From: an uncultured delta proteobacterium
GTDB taxonomy: Bacteria; Desulfobacterota; Binatia; UBA9968
Direction of reading: 5' to 3'
Length of the DNA stretch: 64,000 bases
Assembly (NCBI GenBank): GCA_963804165.1
Contig: CAWDPO010000003.1
Coordinates: forward strand, 192,001 to 256,000
Shown: piece by piece, positions 61,109-64,000 of the stretch
How positions within the stretch are numbered: the first letter of the stretch is position 1
Layout: every line of letters starts with the position of its first letter
The notes under the pieces: generated by a model
Seen by the model: the letters and a program-made list of their open reading frames with translations, nothing else
The model's database searches: none
What the model was told of the DNA's origin: nothing
Made by a program: the position numbers and the translations under genes

Positions 61109-62950
61109 ATGCAGTGCGATAAAATTCTTCTGCCTGTGGTGGTCCCTTCTGAGACCCGCGGCAACATAGAGCTGGCCGTCCGGCTTTTGCCGGCACAAGG
61201 CAAGCTCGTGGCGTTGAAAGTCATTCGCGTGCCTGAGGCGACGTCGCTGAGCGAGGGCGCGGCAGAGGCCGTCGATTCCCGCGCGACCCTCGACGAGACC
61301 CACGCCATCCTGCCGGACCCTCGGGTCGAACTGAAAACTCTCGTGCGGGTTTCCCATCATCTGTCCGAGGGCATTAGCGAGAGCGTCGCTACGGAAAATG
61401 CCGACTTGTTGATATTGCCCTGGAAAGGCAGCGCGAGCTCCGATGCCGCCCTGTTCGGCCGCACCATCGACCGCTTGGTCGAAACTCCTCCTTGTAACTT
61501 GCTGGTCGCCCGCGTCGGGGAGTTGGCGAATTGCAAAAAAATCCTGCTCGCGGTACGCGGCGGGCCCTACGCGGAATTTGCCCTGCAGATCGCGGATCGG
61601 CTCGCGCATTCCTTCTCCGGTGAAATTACCGTGCTGCACTGCGAACAGCATTTTGCGTCAGCGGAATTCAGCGAGTCTCTCTACGGAGACTTTATCCGCG
61701 GGCTGCGATTCAAACCCAATGTGAAACGGTTGGTGACGGTCGAGGGAAATCCTCAGGAAATCATCCTGCAAGAGGCGCAAAGACATGACCTCGTGATCAC
61801 CGGAGCGACCGCGGGAGCCGAACCCCATTCGTTCGTTCTCGGTCCGATCGTGGAACAGTTGGCGCGTTCCACCGACAAGCCGCTGCTGGTTGTAAAAACG
61901 CCGCAACCCTTCGAAAGCTGGGAACGACAGCGCCGTTGGCTTCAACCCAAGGCGCTGTCGGAACGGGTGGACCAGTGGTTTGCGGAGAATACTTTTCACC
62001 GCCAGGAGTTCGGCGATCTGGCGAAGCTCGTCGACCTCAAAAACAAACAGCACCTCACGATCAGCCTCGGATTGCCGGCCCTCAACGAAGCAGAAACCAT
62101 CGGCAACATCGCCCGCACCATCAAGCACAAGCTCTTCGACGAATACCCGCTGCTGGATGAAATCGTGCTGATTGATTCGGGCTCAAGCGACGACACGGTC
62201 AAGATCGCGGAGGATATCGGCATCGCCGTCTACGTGCACAAGGACATCCTGCCGCAGCACGGCACCTTTCGCGGCAAAGGCGAGGCATTATGGAAGAGTC
62301 TTTTCGTTTTGAAGGGAGATATCATCGCCTGGGTCGACACCGACATTCGCAATTTCTATCCCGGTTTCGTTTACGGCCTGCTGGGCCCATTGTTGCGCGA
62401 GCCGGAGATTCAGTACGTCAAAGGTTTTTACCGCCGTCCGATCAAGATGGAAGGCAAGCTGATTTCCGAAGGCGGTGGGCGGGTGACCGAGCTGACGATC
62501 CGGCCGCTATTCAATCTTTTTTTTCCGGAGCTGTCGGGCATGATTCAACCTCTAGCCGGAGAATACGCCGGCCGCCGAACAGCGCTCGAACGGGTGCCGT
62601 TTTTCAGCGGCTACGGCGTGGAGACGGGATTGCTGATCGATCTATTCAATGAAATTGGCCTGAACGCGATCGCCCAGGTGGACCTCGAAGAACGCGTCCA
62701 TCGTAACCAGCCCCTCGCATCGCTTAGCCAAATGTCGTTCGCGATCATCCAGGTAGTGATGCAACGCTTGCAAGAAAAAAACCGCATTCAAATGATGGAC
62801 GAAGTCAATCGTTCGATGAAACTGATCAAGCCCCAGGAAAAGAGTTACGCACTGGACCTCAAGCCGATCCAGGACCGGGAGCGTCCGCCGATGATCACCC
62901 TGCCCGAGTACCGGGCCCAACGAGCCGCGTGCCGTGACGGGAAATGCTGA
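61109..62950 (+). CDS. gpgS: Glucosyl-3-phosphoglycerate synthase fused to two N-terminal universal-stress-protein domains
   Basis: USP-like ADLLILPW.G...FGRTIDRLV..PCNLLV and HDLVITGA...LGPIVEQL...KPLLVV; GpgS LPALNEAETIG, DSGSSD, GKGEALW, DTD, GGRVTEL, QPLAGEYA. Confidence 0.85.
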   Translation: MQCDKILLPVVVPSETRGNIELAVRLLPAQGKLVALKVIRVPEATSLSEGAAEAVDSRATLDETHAILPDPRVELKTLVRVSHHLSEGISESVATENADLLILPWKGSASSDAALFGRTIDRLVETPPCNLLVARVGELANCKKILLAVRGGPYAEFALQIADRLAHSFSGEITVLHCEQHFASAEFSESLYGDFIRGLRFKPNVKRLVTVEGNPQEIILQEAQRHDLVITGATAGAEPHSFVLGPIVEQLARSTDKPLLVVKTPQPFESWERQRRWLQPKALSERVDQWFAENTFHRQEFGDLAKLVDLKNKQHLTISLGLPALNEAETIGNIARTIKHKLFDEYPLLDEIVLIDSGSSDDTVKIAEDIGIAVYVHKDILPQHGTFRGKGEALWKSLFVLKGDIIAWVDTDIRNFYPGFVYGLLGPLLREPEIQYVKGFYRRPIKMEGKLISEGGGRVTELTIRPLFNLFFPELSGMIQPLAGEYAGRRTALERVPFFSGYGVETGLLIDLFNEIGLNAIAQVDLEERVHRNQPLASLSQMSFAIIQVVMQRLQEKNRIQMMDEVNRSMKLIKPQEKSYALDLKPIQDRERPPMITLPEYRAQRAACRDGKC

Positions 62951-63784
62951 AACTATCGAAATCAAGTCAGCTGATCATCATCACCGACGTGGACGGCACG
63001 CTCATCGACCAACGAACGTACAGCTACGAATTGAGCCTGCCCGCCGTGCGCCGGCTCCAGGCCAACCGGATTCCGATCATTCTATGCTCGACCAAAACGA
63101 GCGCCGAGATCCTTCTGCTGTGGCACGAGTTGGAGCTCGATGACCCCTTCATTTGCGAAAATGGCGGCGCGATCTACATGCCGCGCGACTACCTTAAAGT
63201 GGCTTTGTTTGGCCTAAAGGCCGACGGTCCGTTCGAAGTGCTTGAGTTGGGCACCGATGTTGATCGCTTGCGCCACGCGCTGGCGGATGCGGCGCGCGCA
63301 TGCGGTGTCGTCTTGCGATCTTTTGGACAGATGGAGATAGAGGAAATTGCTGCACTGACCGGCCTTTCGTTGGATCAAGCGGCGCGCGCGTTGCAGCGCC
63401 GCTACGACGAGCCTTTCCTGGTTCAGTCCGGCGACACCGAAAAAATGGCGGCGATCCTGCGCGCAAAAAATTTGACCATCACCAAGGGCGACCGCTTTTA
63501 TCACCTGAGCGGCGGCCATAGTAAGCGCGACGCAGTGGAAACGTCTGCTTAAACTATCATCGCGATCAATATGGCCACGCGATTTCGATCTGCCTGGGAA
63601 ATTCGGCAAACGATGCACCGATGTTGTCGGCGGTGGACCGGCCTATTTTAGTCAGAAATCCCGACGGGAGTTGGGACGGTACGGTCACCGAGGCCATCCC
63701 GAATATCGAGCGGACGAGTCGGGGTTCGGGCCGGAGGGATGGAGAGAGGCCATCGACGGGATTCTGGACGAAGCGACGCCATGA
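62944..63784 (+). CDS. Mannosyl/glucosyl-3-phosphoglycerate phosphatase (HAD IIB; frameshifted)
   Basis: ITDVDGTL, CSTKTSAE, PFICENGG, RRYDEPF, KGDRFYHL, LGNSANDAPML. Confidence 0.85.
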
Positions 63785-64000
63785 ACTTGAAAGCGAGTTG
63801 CCGTTGGGGGGGTGCGCGATGGAGAACGATCCTCATTCTATTCATCGTTTTAATCATCGCGCCACTCGCGGAGGCGCAAACGCAACTGCGATTCGTCACC
63901 TGGAAATCGGAAGCGGAGCGGGTTTGGGAGCAGATCATCGCGCGATTTCGAAGCTAGACACCCCGGAGTCAAAGTTGTTCAGGAGGTCGGGCCTCATTCG
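63781..64000 (+). CDS. Sugar-type ABC substrate-binding protein (5' fragment, frameshifted)
   Basis: ATGA overlap with the phosphatase; signal peptide; LRFVTWK...IIARFEA.HPGVKVVQEVGPHS. Confidence 0.7.

Noticed and set aside
6462-63784. Many frameshifted genes read as pseudogenes or programmed frameshifting
   Set aside because: Single-base indels are scattered across unrelated genes including pyk, and motifs are otherwise intact. This fits uncorrected long-read error; read-level polishing would decide.
1-64000. tRNA, rRNA or prophage genes
   Set aside because: None recognised by eye; tRNAscan-SE or Infernal would be needed to exclude them fully

Overview
A GC-rich bacterial genomic window. 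Its gene content resembles Candidatus Binatia/deltaproteobacteria-like MAGs (inference). Many scattered single-base frameshifts look like uncorrected long-read errors. It holds housekeeping genes (pncB, etfBA, pyk) and a long catabolic tract with 11 orphan solute-binding proteins, 5 amidohydrolase-2 enzymes, 3 bicupins, 2 LLM oxidoreductases, a Rieske oxygenase and a class III CoA-transferase pair. It also holds a putative sigma54-controlled accessory block (40.6-51.3 kb) ending in a Phd/VapC toxin-antitoxin pair, and a glucosylglycerate-type compatible-solute operon with a USP-GpgS fusion. The best-resolved finding is a complete 1317-bp IS110-family (IS1111-type) element at 5066-6382. It splits a REP-like palindrome at a TCA core. 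Its downstream non-coding end contains sequences matching both halves of the target site and one half of the donor junction, i.e. a readable bridge/seek RNA aimed at a dispersed genomic repeat. Circularisation would create a TTGACA-17-TAATAT promoter. Intergenic DNA also carries a modular set of MITE/REP palindromes and 7/8/9-nt-period tandem hairpins, some of which bracket small accessory genes.
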